This document shows positions 1 through 10,400 of a DNA stretch of 64,000 nt, in pieces. Origin of the DNA: a virus; IMG/VR virus record IMGVR_UViG_3300044988_000363; one strand, 5' to 3'. Each line of letters opens with the position of its first letter. The stretch's first letter is position 1. Under the pieces are notes generated by a model. That model was not told where the DNA came from. It saw nothing but the letters and a program-made list of their open reading frames with translations, and did not search any database. Both the position numbers and the translations under genes were made by a program.

Positions 1-382
1 ACCTTGTTTTGCCAATAGACCAATGACCCCAATTTTCGTGTTTCTTATGAGATAGTGATATCTTTTCGCCTACTGTTAATATTTTTTCTCCATCTGTTGT
101 CCAATGACCATTAAGATGGTTTATTAAATTATAATATTTTTTCCCTAACTCTTCATCTTTTATAAAAGAAAGATACTTATATTCTTCTATCAATAACTGT
201 TTTCTATCAAAAACCTTTTTAATAATCCTACGTTTAAAATCATGAGGTCTTCTTTTATAAGCGTCTCTCATCCAGTTCGAAGAACATTTATAACCATCAG
301 TTTCGGTTCCCCAATGAGATCCAATATAATATCTTTTATGTTTTTTATCAAACCAAATATATACAAATCCATACTTTTCCAA
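1..382 (-). CDS. GIY-YIG (Seg-like) homing endonuclease, runs off the window's left edge
   Basis: Manual translation from TTG at 382: MEKYGFVYIWFDKKHKRYYIGSHWGTETDGYKCSS..., with the GFVY...YYIG motif. Not in the ORF track. Confidence 0.85.
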   Translation of the reverse strand, partial: MEKYGFVYIWFDKKHKRYYIGSHWGTETDGYKCSSNWMRDAYKRRPHDFKRRIIKKVFDRKQLLIEEYKYLSFIKDEELGKKYYNLINHLNGHWTTDGEKILTVGEKISLSHKKHENWGHWSIGKTR

Positions 383-387
383 TTTAT

Positions 388-421
388 TACTCCTATGAAT
401 TGTTCCCATAGGAGTATTTAG
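388..421 (-). promoter_or_regulatory. Late-promoter-like CTAAATA plus RBS-sequestering hairpin for the GIY-YIG gene
   Basis: 10-bp inverted repeat TACTCCTATG/CATAGGAGTA (388-397/407-416) covers the GGAG SD; CTAAATA at 415-421 (-). Confidence 0.65.
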
Positions 422-435
422 TAAAAAGTATAGTG

Positions 436-2289
436 CTAAAAACTGCCACCATCCAATATATCATAGACTAAAGCTGTTCCGTTAGACTGCAGAACATATC
501 CGCTAGTGCCAAGTGTTAATTCGTTATATCCATTGGTTGAGTTACCTACCAATAATGCATTATTAGTTACTGTTGCCTTTCCAGTACCACCGGAAGTTCC
601 TGCAAGAGCAGTGGCAAGAGTAAGAGTATTAGCAACAATGCCAACAGAATATGTAGAATTGGCTGTTAAATTAGCTGATGTTGTATTAGTGGTAAGAGCA
701 CCGGAAGCTAGATATGCGACAAGAGTTGCTGTTCTATATGATGCATCGTTAGTATCTACATCATTGTTACCAGATAGTTCTTGTTCTAGATTAAAGAATA
801 GCTTCCATAATCCATCAGTATGATCCCTAAATAAACCAGTATGACGGTTTGCACCATCATTGTAGTTTGCAGCAAAACCAATATCGACTAAATCGCTGGA
901 ATAATTGTTACCAGCAAGGTATATCATTGGGTCAGAAACAATAACTGATTGAACATTTTGAGTTACTAGATTGCCAGTAACAGTTAGAGTTCCTGCAACA
1001 CTGACATTTGAGCCAAATGAAGCTCCATCTGTGGTACTAATGTGATTAACATATATATTGGCCCAACGTAAAGAGTTCGAACCCAAATCATAGCTATTGT
1101 TTGTGGTTGGGATAATAGCTGTGTCGATACGAGCATTAAATGTTACTTTGTCAGAAGTTGCATCACCAAGAGTTGTATTACCATTAACTGATAAGTCAGT
1201 GGTAACGACATTTGCGAATGTTACGTTAGAAGTTGTAGCTACCGGCTGTCCGATGAAAACACCAGTGGCATTAACGGTAACACCAGTGTTGCCAACAACG
1301 TTAATACCGGAAGAGTCAACGCTGATACCATTAGCAGCCTTTGCCCATGTACCAGAAGTATTAGAAACAATACCATTATTAGCTAAAACGCCAACACCAG
1401 AAGCATCGACATAAACACCATTAGCAGGGTCAACGTAAGTACCAGTAGTGTTAGCAATAATACCGTTGTTAGGAAGAACGCTTACGGCTGTTGCATTAAC
1501 CGAAATACCAATACCAGCACCGACATCAATAGTGATATCGCCTACGCTACCACCACCATTTAGACCGTCTCCAGCAGTGATGCTCGAAATATCACCAACG
1601 TCGTCTGCCCAATATGTGCTAGAACCGTTTGTTCTAAGAACCTGATTGGCTGTACCAAGAGAACCATTAACAGAAAGACCAACACCTGTTCCGATAGTGA
1701 CTTGAGTAACATTTGCTTTAAAATTAGAACCAACACTAATTGTAGCGCCATTAACTGTGCCTGTAGCGAAAACTCCAATAGAATTAGCAACTACATCAGT
1801 TCCAACAGTATGAGAAGCAGCATTAACAGTTGTTCCAAATAAATTGTTGGTGGTAATAGTATTACCGATTGCAAGCGTGTTAGAAGTTTTGACAAATGTA
1901 AACCCAGCAACACCATTAGCTACGCCAGAATCATTGAACTGAACATAAGTGTTTGATCCAGAGGTACCTGTACCCCAATAAACGCCGCCTGAAGAATTAA
2001 CAACTAGAACCTGCCCATTTGAACCGGCAGATCCATTTGCGACCAAAGATGTAATTACCGCATTGGCAACAATAACTTTATCAATACCGCTTGTAGAGTT
2101 GGCTACAAGGGCATGATTAGCAGTCAGAGTACCAGGATACTGAGCGCCACCAACACGAAGGACACCCGACCCGTCTGGAAGACCAATATAAAGCGTATTA
2201 GAGGCTTGAGTAAAGGCTAATTCGCCGTTTGATAGTCCAGTAACTGTAGCGTTGGACGTAGATCTTTTAATCTGAATCTTATTGGCCAT
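436..2289 (-). CDS. Tail fibre / virion structural protein
   Basis: N-terminal KIQIKRS...GELA motif of fibre N-termini, G/N/T/V-rich beta repeats, C-terminal LDGGSF. Confidence 0.7.
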   Translation of the reverse strand: MANKIQIKRSTSNATVTGLSNGELAFTQASNTLYIGLPDGSGVLRVGGAQYPGTLTANHALVANSTSGIDKVIVANAVITSLVANGSAGSNGQVLVVNSSGGVYWGTGTSGSNTYVQFNDSGVANGVAGFTFVKTSNTLAIGNTITTNNLFGTTVNAASHTVGTDVVANSIGVFATGTVNGATISVGSNFKANVTQVTIGTGVGLSVNGSLGTANQVLRTNGSSTYWADDVGDISSITAGDGLNGGGSVGDITIDVGAGIGISVNATAVSVLPNNGIIANTTGTYVDPANGVYVDASGVGVLANNGIVSNTSGTWAKAANGISVDSSGINVVGNTGVTVNATGVFIGQPVATTSNVTFANVVTTDLSVNGNTTLGDATSDKVTFNARIDTAIIPTTNNSYDLGSNSLRWANIYVNHISTTDGASFGSNVSVAGTLTVTGNLVTQNVQSVIVSDPMIYLAGNNYSSDLVDIGFAANYNDGANRHTGLFRDHTDGLWKLFFNLEQELSGNNDVDTNDASYRTATLVAYLASGALTTNTTSANLTANSTYSVGIVANTLTLATALAGTSGGTGKATVTNNALLVGNSTNGYNELTLGTSGYVLQSNGTALVYDILDGGSF

Positions 2290-2318
2290 ATTAAATGGTG
2301 CTCCTGTGAATTTTTATA

Positions 2319-2326
2319 TATTTATA
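2319..2326 (-). promoter_or_regulatory. T4-type late promoter TATAAATA
   Basis: Exact TATAAATA upstream of the SD and ATG at 2289. Confidence 0.75.
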
Positions 2327-2328
2327 AA

Positions 2329-2607
2329 TTAAAAGCTTCCACCATCTAGATCGCCAACAACATCAGTACCAAGATCAAGTTTCTTTATGATATATTTGTC
2401 TGTTACAGAATCATAAACAGGAACAGCGCCTGTAGTTTCATCTACTGAATAAACGTCTTTTAGACTGTCTAATCTTTCTATCCCTGTACTTATTGTAGGT
2501 GTATTTTTAAGAGTAACAGGCGAAGAGGTCTCCAAAACCCCAGCTGTTCCATTAGCTGAAACACGAATAGTTCTCTTTCTACCTACTACTACATTAGTTA
2601 TAGTCAT
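2329..2607 (-). CDS. Small virion/fibre-associated protein
   Basis: In the structural operon; ends in LDGGSF like the neighbouring ORF. Confidence 0.5.
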   Translation of the reverse strand: MTITNVVVGRKRTIRVSANGTAGVLETSSPVTLKNTPTISTGIERLDSLKDVYSVDETTGAVPVYDSVTDKYIIKKLDLGTDVVGDLDGGSF

Positions 2608-2609
2608 TT

Positions 2610-2936
2610 TTATCTCGTAACATTAGGTGTAACTGTGATAATCCCTTCAACTACACGTGAAATAGTAGTGCCGTCAGATATTTCCACGTCGTATACGTAT
2701 CTACCAGCCACAAGATTTGCTGTCTGAGCATTTGTTAATGACAAAGTAATAACTCCAACACTAGTATTAACTGCAGTTGTAAAGGCCACATAATTTGTCG
2801 AAGTATACCATTTTCTTAGCTGAGAATTGGCTGTATATCCAACAAGATTCAACATATCGCCGTTTTCGTCGGTTAATGTTAGATCTGTTGAAAAATTGGT
2901 GCCTTGATCTATAACTAAGTTAGCTTTTGTTGCCAT
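2610..2936 (-). CDS. Conserved virion structural protein (IDQG...GRYVYDV adaptor-like)
   Basis: ANLVIDQGTNF...AGRYVYDVEI...RVVEGIITVTPNVTR, typical of small fibre-associated proteins of T4-like phages. Confidence 0.6.
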   Translation of the reverse strand: MATKANLVIDQGTNFSTDLTLTDENGDMLNLVGYTANSQLRKWYTSTNYVAFTTAVNTSVGVITLSLTNAQTANLVAGRYVYDVEISDGTTISRVVEGIITVTPNVTR

Positions 2937-5900
2937 TAGACTACCGTTCTAGTATACTTAACTGTTGTTGCTGATAATGCTGGTGTAAACTGTAGTATAA
3001 TATGTGTAGAATTTTGAGTCGCTGAAAATACACCAACGTTACTATTTGAAGTGATAGATGCATACTCAGTAATCTGAGAAGCTGAACCATCGTGCATAAC
3101 GAGAACTTTAGACACATATTTATTATTAGCAACATTATCTGAAACGCTGATGAGATATTCTGAACCTAGATATGAACCAATCAAGAAGCTGTCGATATTC
3201 TGAGCAGTTGTTCCAGAAGTTGTAACAGATCCGTTTGAGACATTTACTAGAGATTGAATATATGTAGAGTTAGCAAACACACCAGATGAGTTAGAAATAA
3301 TACCAGTGTTAGCTAATACGGCTAGAGATCTTGTTGAAGATATATCTCCACCACCACTCAGACCATTTCCTGCTGTAATAGAAACTGCAGTATGATCAAT
3401 ATGTCTATTAACTGCATAGTTGCTAAGGCTATTATGGTCAATCTTAGTTTGATCGATCCATAGACCAGTTGTATTAGAAATTAACTGATTGTTGCCAGCA
3501 AGAACATTAATGCCAGAAGATGTGACTGAAATACCGTTGGCGGCTGCTGCAGCGATAGCATCAGCAGAAACTGAAATACCATTACCTTGGCCAATATCGA
3601 ATGTTCTAGAGGCTGCTATAGTTCCGCCGCCAGTAAGACCATTACCAGCAGTTAATGTTACTGTGGTGTGATCAATATGTTCGTTACCAACGAAGTTTGC
3701 TAGCGAATCGTGGTTTATTGTTCCCTGAGTTGCAGTTAGAACAGTACCATATAGGCTGTTAGCAGTTATTGTAGAACTTACAGTTGAATTTGCTGTAATA
3801 TTAACAACAGTAGAATTTGCTACGAAAGCGCCACCAGTTCCATAAGGAACGAGATATGCTTGAAGAGTTCCTGTTCCTGAATTTGCAGAAGTGTCAACTG
3901 TTGTAGCTGTATTTGGGTTGGTGTTAGAAACAAACAACCAGAAATAAGGATTGCTGTTTGAAGACTTAGCAGCTTGACGAACTAAACCTGAATACCAAAT
4001 TTTGCTAGTATTACCAGCTGGTGAATACCAGCCAATATCAACAGTATCAGTTGTTATATTATTATCAGCTAGTTCAATGATATTGTCATTTACCATTAAT
4101 GTGGCAGTATTTACAGAAACAACTGTTCCGCCAACAACTAGGTTGCCACTAAATGTAGCATTTCTAAGACTGATATCAGCGCCAGAACCACTTAGAGTGG
4201 TACCAATACCCAATACAACATTAGAGTTAAGAGTTGTTGTTGTAGCAGTAACTGTTAAATTAGAACTGATACTTGTATTGGTTCCGGATATTACTAGATT
4301 AGCACCAGTGTGACTGATGTTAGAAGCAATAGTAAAATTAGCGCCATTTACAATAAGATTAGATGAAACTACAGTATTTGGCGAAGCAATAAGAGTATTA
4401 CCGCCAGCAACATTCAAACTAGCACCAAATAGACCCCATCTATTTGTTGCATTACCTAGATTATAACCGTTACCCTGAGGAATGATATTTCCTGCAGCAT
4501 TACCAGTATAACTCAAAGTACCGCTTACAGACAAATCGCCAGTAACTTCAAGCAAACCATCAACGATAGTTTTGTAAGTAGAATTACCAGATCCGAATAT
4601 AGTGTTACCATTAATTACAGTGTCACCATCTACTCTTAGTTTTGTAACTGGTGATGAATTACCAATACCAATATTACCATTGGCAATAATATAAGCTGCA
4701 GTTCCAAAAGTAGATGTATTTGTTTGAACATTTAGTGCATAAACATTTGCTAATGTAGAATTAGCAGTAAATCTTGTTGTAGAAAGAGTAGCAGCATTAA
4801 CAGTTCCAGTAGCATAAACACCGGAAGTGTTTGCATTTGTATTACCAAGAGCATCTGTAACTGATAGTAAAGTGCTTGAAACTGAAGCATTTACTGAAGA
4901 ATTACCTACAAACAATGAAGAACTATTTGCAATTACGTTAGCGCCAACAGAAACAGCAATAGTGTTTACTGTAGAAATACCAGCATTCAAACCTATAGGA
5001 GATATATTGGCTGTAGCTGAACTATTTGCTATCTTCAACAAAGAAGAATTGGCCACAGCATTTACTGTTGAATTGCCAACAGTAAACCCACTAGTGGTTA
5101 CTGAGACGTTTGCGCCAGCATTGAAGAATCCGTTGGATATTGCTGATAGACCTATAGTCAAGCTTGATGAGTTTAAGTTAGCTGATCCTGAAGAATTAGC
5201 TAATTGCAATAATGTTGAAGTAAGAACAGAGTTTGTGCTTGAATTGCCTACATAAACCGCAGTAGTATTAGCAATTACGTTAGCTCCGGCTGCAATAACA
5301 GTAGAGTTAACCACTGAAGTGCCAATTCTAAGGTCTATAGGAGTTAGATTGGAAGTTCCTGTTGAATTGGCTACCTGAATTAAAGTAGAATTACTGATAG
5401 AATTGACAGTAGAATTACCAACAAAATATGTTGAAGAATTTACAACAACATTAGCGCCAACAGTAATAATAGTATTTGATAGAGTAGAAATACCAATAGC
5501 TATTGATGTTGGAGTTAAATTAGCAATACCACTAGAATTGGAAACTTGATGTAGAGTTGAATTTGATACGCTATTTACACTAGAATTACCTACGAAAAAT
5601 GTAGTAGTGTTTACTGTGACATTAGCACCAACAGTAACATTAGTGTTTGATACAGTAGAAACTCCAATAGCAAGACTTGTTGGAATTAAATTAGCTGTGC
5701 CTGAAGAATTTGCTACTTGAATTAAAGTGGAATTACTAATAGAATTTACTGAAGAATTACCAACAAAATATGTTGTAGCATTAACAATTACGTTTGCTCC
5801 AACCAATACTGAAGTATTGTTGAGTTCTGAAATACCAATTTTAATTGATGTAGGATTTAAGTTTGCTATTCCGGAACTATTAGCAATTTTTAGTAGAGAA

Positions 5901-7186
5901 GAATTTGCAACAGTGTTAACAGATGAATTACCAATAGTAACAACTGAAGTGTTAACAACTACATTAGATCCAACAGTAATAGCAGAAGTATTAGCTACTA
6001 ATCCACCGGCGCCAGTTGTGATAATTGTGCTGTTAACAAGAGAAGTACCTATTGTAAGGTTTACTGGTGTTAGATTTGCAGTCCCAGAAGAATTAGACAT
6101 CTGAGTCATTGTAGAATTCACAGTAGCATTTACTGAAGAATTACCTACAAACAACGTTGAAGAATTTGCAATAACGTTTGAACCAATTAATACTGAAGTA
6201 TTGTTAAGAACAGAGATACCTATAGAAACGGCTGTAGGAGTAAGATTAGCAATTCCTGTGCTGTTTGCAATCTTCAATAAAGAAGAATTTGCAGCTGTAT
6301 TTACAGTCGAATTACCAATGGTAGCAACTGAAGTGTTAACAACTACGTTTGAACCTACTGTTATAGCGGTAGTGTTTGCGACCAAACCGCCAGCGCCAGT
6401 TGTAATGATTGTGCTATTGACGATTGAAGTGCCAATCTTAAGATCAACAGGAGTTAGATTAGCTGTGCCAGAAGAATTTGACATCTGAACCATTGTCGAG
6501 TTGACAGTGGAGTTAACAGATGAATTTCCGACCAATAAAGTCGAAGTGTTCGCATAAACGTTCGCACCAATAACAATGGTGGAAGAATTTATTACGGGAG
6601 TCCCAGTAACTGTTGGGAACGACATCGATGTGCTGTTGACTACTACGTTTCCAATAGTTAATGAATTGTATGTTAAATTGGAATTAACATTATTATTTGA
6701 AACTTTGAAATTAGCAGAAGTTAAAACAGTGTTAACAATGTCATTGCTCTGAATATAAATGGTAGCTTTATTTAAAACAAGATTACCATTGATATCGCCA
6801 ACATATAAAGCTGAAGTGTTGATAGCAACATTATCATTAACTAAAACATTATTAGCTCTAATAGAAGATGGCGTTATGTATGTATTACAAGTATTATTAC
6901 CCAAGGTAAGGGCTGTAGTATTTGTTACGAAATAGTGATCTTGGCTAGCAGTGTTAATTGTAGAAACATTAACAGTAATAACACTGTTAGTATAAACGTT
7001 AGCAGCTGTTAAACTATTTGCAGAAAATCTACCAGAAATTGCAGCATTACCAGCAGTTTGAGCAGAAGCTAAATTTGCTGTCGTTGTAATTACACAATTC
7101 GACATTAACGTTGCAAGTTCGTTTGTTCTGCCACGCCAATATTCGAATGTGTTATTTAATTCCGTATTTGCTACATTAATTGTCAT
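2936..7186 (-). CDS. Long tail fibre-like protein with ~50-aa N/S/T/V repeats
   Basis: 1416 aa; N-terminal TFEYWRGRTNEL; tandem GANVxxNxSxxxVGNSxVN...ANLTP repeats; AGNGLTGGG motifs. Confidence 0.75.
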   Translation of the reverse strand: MTINVANTELNNTFEYWRGRTNELATLMSNCVITTTANLASAQTAGNAAISGRFSANSLTAANVYTNSVITVNVSTINTASQDHYFVTNTTALTLGNNTCNTYITPSSIRANNVLVNDNVAINTSALYVGDINGNLVLNKATIYIQSNDIVNTVLTSANFKVSNNNVNSNLTYNSLTIGNVVVNSTSMSFPTVTGTPVINSSTIVIGANVYANTSTLLVGNSSVNSTVNSTMVQMSNSSGTANLTPVDLKIGTSIVNSTIITTGAGGLVANTTAITVGSNVVVNTSVATIGNSTVNTAANSSLLKIANSTGIANLTPTAVSIGISVLNNTSVLIGSNVIANSSTLFVGNSSVNATVNSTMTQMSNSSGTANLTPVNLTIGTSLVNSTIITTGAGGLVANTSAITVGSNVVVNTSVVTIGNSSVNTVANSSLLKIANSSGIANLNPTSIKIGISELNNTSVLVGANVIVNATTYFVGNSSVNSISNSTLIQVANSSGTANLIPTSLAIGVSTVSNTNVTVGANVTVNTTTFFVGNSSVNSVSNSTLHQVSNSSGIANLTPTSIAIGISTLSNTIITVGANVVVNSSTYFVGNSTVNSISNSTLIQVANSTGTSNLTPIDLRIGTSVVNSTVIAAGANVIANTTAVYVGNSSTNSVLTSTLLQLANSSGSANLNSSSLTIGLSAISNGFFNAGANVSVTTSGFTVGNSTVNAVANSSLLKIANSSATANISPIGLNAGISTVNTIAVSVGANVIANSSSLFVGNSSVNASVSSTLLSVTDALGNTNANTSGVYATGTVNAATLSTTRFTANSTLANVYALNVQTNTSTFGTAAYIIANGNIGIGNSSPVTKLRVDGDTVINGNTIFGSGNSTYKTIVDGLLEVTGDLSVSGTLSYTGNAAGNIIPQGNGYNLGNATNRWGLFGASLNVAGGNTLIASPNTVVSSNLIVNGANFTIASNISHTGANLVISGTNTSISSNLTVTATTTTLNSNVVLGIGTTLSGSGADISLRNATFSGNLVVGGTVVSVNTATLMVNDNIIELADNNITTDTVDIGWYSPAGNTSKIWYSGLVRQAAKSSNSNPYFWLFVSNTNPNTATTVDTSANSGTGTLQAYLVPYGTGGAFVANSTVVNITANSTVSSTITANSLYGTVLTATQGTINHDSLANFVGNEHIDHTTVTLTAGNGLTGGGTIAASRTFDIGQGNGISVSADAIAAAAANGISVTSSGINVLAGNNQLISNTTGLWIDQTKIDHNSLSNYAVNRHIDHTAVSITAGNGLSGGGDISSTRSLAVLANTGIISNSSGVFANSTYIQSLVNVSNGSVTTSGTTAQNIDSFLIGSYLGSEYLISVSDNVANNKYVSKVLVMHDGSASQITEYASITSNSNVGVFSATQNSTHIILQFTPALSATTVKYTRTVV

Positions 7187-7187
7187 T

Positions 7188-7415
7188 CTAGATCTTCTCT
7201 GCTATAGCTTTTAGAACGTTTTTAATTTCAGAAATGTCATCATCAATTCTTTTTATTTTTTCTTTGAAAGATTCGAATTCTTTCTCTTTTTCTCTTCTTA
7301 TTTTATAAGCCAACAGGCCAGCGTTATTTTTATTTAATAACGCCCCTGTTGACAAATCTCTGTATAGACCTTCTTTTTCTGTTTTTTGTTCCATCATATT
7401 ATCTCTGTAGTGCAA
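7188..7415 (-). CDS. Small coiled-coil hypothetical protein
   Basis: GLYRDLSTGALLN motif plus coiled coil; lies downstream of the VrlC-like gene. Confidence 0.55.
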   Translation of the reverse strand: MHYRDNMMEQKTEKEGLYRDLSTGALLNKNNAGLLAYKIRREKEKEFESFKEKIKRIDDDISEIKNVLKAIAEKI

Positions 7416-10400
7416 TAACTCTTAGGTCACCAACTTTAGGAACTAGAGCTGAACTTATACCGTCAGCATTACCATACAATCCAATCTTAATTTGGAACTG
7501 TTTGAATCCCTTGAAAGTGTTTCCTTCAGATGTATATTGCAATATACCATTACCATCATAATTATTAGGGCTTATAGAATAATCAAATTCTAGAAAATCC
7601 TTATCATTTGCAGTTGAACTATAAACCGAATCAAAGTAAGCCATTGGTGTCCATTTTTTATTACTTAGACCTTGATAATCCTCTGCATTAGCAACTTTAA
7701 ACCAAACTTTGACGTCAGTTCCAACAGGTCTATATGCAGTTATTTTTACTATCAAATCTTCTGCATCTTGGCCTTCTGCCAAAGTAATGACTTTACTAAT
7801 ATATCTATTTATTAGACTTCCGCCAGAGATTTGATCTTCTGATTTAGAAACACTAATAACATTGGCAGATATGCCTTTACTTGTTGTTCCTGTAGATTCA
7901 TACACAGTAATAATTTCAGCGTTTGCATATCCATTTACGTCAGTAATAACAGTATTACCTATTATAGAAGTAACATATCCATTTACTGTTCCGACGATTT
8001 TATCGCCTATGATTATAGTATTAGCTCCCTGATTGATATTAGATAATATCAATACATCCGGGTCGTCTGCATTAATCAAATTATGAACATAAACGCTATT
8101 CCCTCTTGACAAGTCAATAACAGGTGAAACATATACACTAGAAGTAGTTAATGTTGCTCTGGCCTGTGAACTTGGATTACTAGAGTTCAACGATATCTCA
8201 TTTACTCTAGAAAGTATTTTATTTTCTTCGTAGAAATCTGAAGAAACATCTGGTATTCCAGGATAATAATTACCATATGCGTTTGTATCAGATCTCCAGC
8301 CTCTCTTTTCGAAACCACAAGAAGTGTTTCTAAATGTTAGATAATGAGGCTTCAAACAAGTGGTTGAATATGGGTAATAAGTGAATGAATCAATTACACC
8401 AACGTTAGCACTTCTAACACCTTTTACTACACCGTTCGTTAGATACAATCCGTTTGAATCTTCAATAATAAAAATATTATTTGCGCTATCGTAAGATTTT
8501 AGTTTTCCTGAACCACTATAAACACCATTTACTGTAGCTGAAATATTCTTAAGAGTTCCTGATGAATTCTTAACAGTAACAGTTTCAGTGTTAGAGAAAC
8601 CAATTCCTGTGGTAGAATACAATGAACCAGCGCCTACTGCAGTAACATTTCCAACAGCGCCTGAGCTTGAACCTGTTAAAATATCACCTATTACAATAGT
8701 GTTTCCTGTTGAAACTATGCTTGTCAATGCTAGTTTAGCAGAGCCAACAATTTCTTCACCATAATTAGTGAAAGCTCCAGCACCTGTTTTTAGCTTAATA
8801 TATTCAACAGGAATGTTACCAAGCATAGCAGTTCCGGAACCGACAGCAAAGTTTGCTCTATTGAAAGTACAAGTCAAATCAACGTCAGGAACCATATCAT
8901 AATTAGTATTGTTATTAGTGGTATACAAAGTTCCTGTCAATCTTCTACTAGTAATTTGACTATTAGTAAGAACGTCAGTTTCGCCAAGTCTTGAAACCCA
9001 GAAATATGTATCAGGGTTCAAACCTTCAGTGTGAATAACAAATGCGTAAGAAGTGTTATTCATTAGGTAAACAGGCGCAGGGAAGTTTACCTTTGTGGCT
9101 TGGAAATTAGTTGTTCCAACAGGATTCAACTTGATTCTAGGATCAGTTCTCTTCATCCAAACTTCAGAATAAGGAACCTGATTTTTGGTAACACCACCGG
9201 CATTCATTTCTCTAATTTCAAACCAAACACCAAGAGTTGGGTGCATTGATTCGATGAAAATGTCTACAGAAGTTAAGAAAATACCATCTTCTGTTGGTGG
9301 AACATCAACTTTAAACGAATATGCCATACATGAACAAGCCCAAATTTCTAGAGTTTGTCCCTTTCCTGGGATAAATCTTTCTTCTGGGGTTGAGTTAGTT
9401 TCAATAGTAGGAACAACAGTAGAAACAATAGTGTTTTGTTTCTGAGCGTTGATTCCTAGAGAAGTCCAATAACCTCTGGCGTGTGAAGTTGCATCAACAG
9501 CATTAGTTGGTGAGTCAGTTACAATAACTTCCTTAGTACCAACTTTAAAGCGTTTACCAGTTGTTGGTAATCTCAAATCGAATACAAGATCACCGCCGTC
9601 ATTAGTAATCAGCTCAGCACCCTCTGCTTTATAGCTATCTGGTTTAGCGCCAAAAAGATTAGATGCTACCCACTGAGAACAATAACTGGTCATATTTTCT
9701 GAATCAAAGTAGACCCAGTATCTAGTTCTGGCCTTTAGACCCTGAACTATTATGGTTATGGTCTGTGGTCTGATATATGTTGCTAAGGTAACATCAGTTA
9801 CGAAAGAACCTAGAGTTTGTGTTTCAGTTCCCCAATCAAGAGATTTTTCTACTTTACTTCTGCGTTCTGTAGTGCCCGGATCTGTTCCTTCAATAGCAAA
9901 GGAACGCATTGCTTCTCCTAGATGAGGATAACCATTATATCCACCCATCTGAATAGATATATCAGGGTTTGTTGACCATCCAAAATAACCGGTAACTAAT
10001 TGACCATTAGCCAAATAGTAAGGAGTTCTTGGGTTATAACCACCACCTGCATTATATGCATAATAATTAGCAGGAAGAGTATTTGTTTTAACTGGTTTAG
10101 CAAAATCCAAAGCTTCTTTATAACTAGAGAAAGAACCTTCTAATGATTTGCCACCATTCCAGCTATTACCATAACCTCCTTCATTTGTTGAATAAACGTT
10201 ATAGACTGGTTTACCTACGCCATACTTTTCCCATGAAGTCCATTCTGTGCTTAACAAGATAGGATTTGGCAAATCATCACCATAGGTGATTTTTTTATCA
10301 ACTGTTTTTTGGTCGTGCCAGATATCAGTTTCTGGACGGAAGGTCATTCTTCCTACGAATCTGTAAACACTGTATTCAATGTTTCTTCTAGTTGAAATAT

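Noticed and set aside
506-6488. Many + strand ORFs opposite the fibre genes
   Set aside because: A by-product of codon bias in the N/S/T/V/A-rich minus-strand genes.
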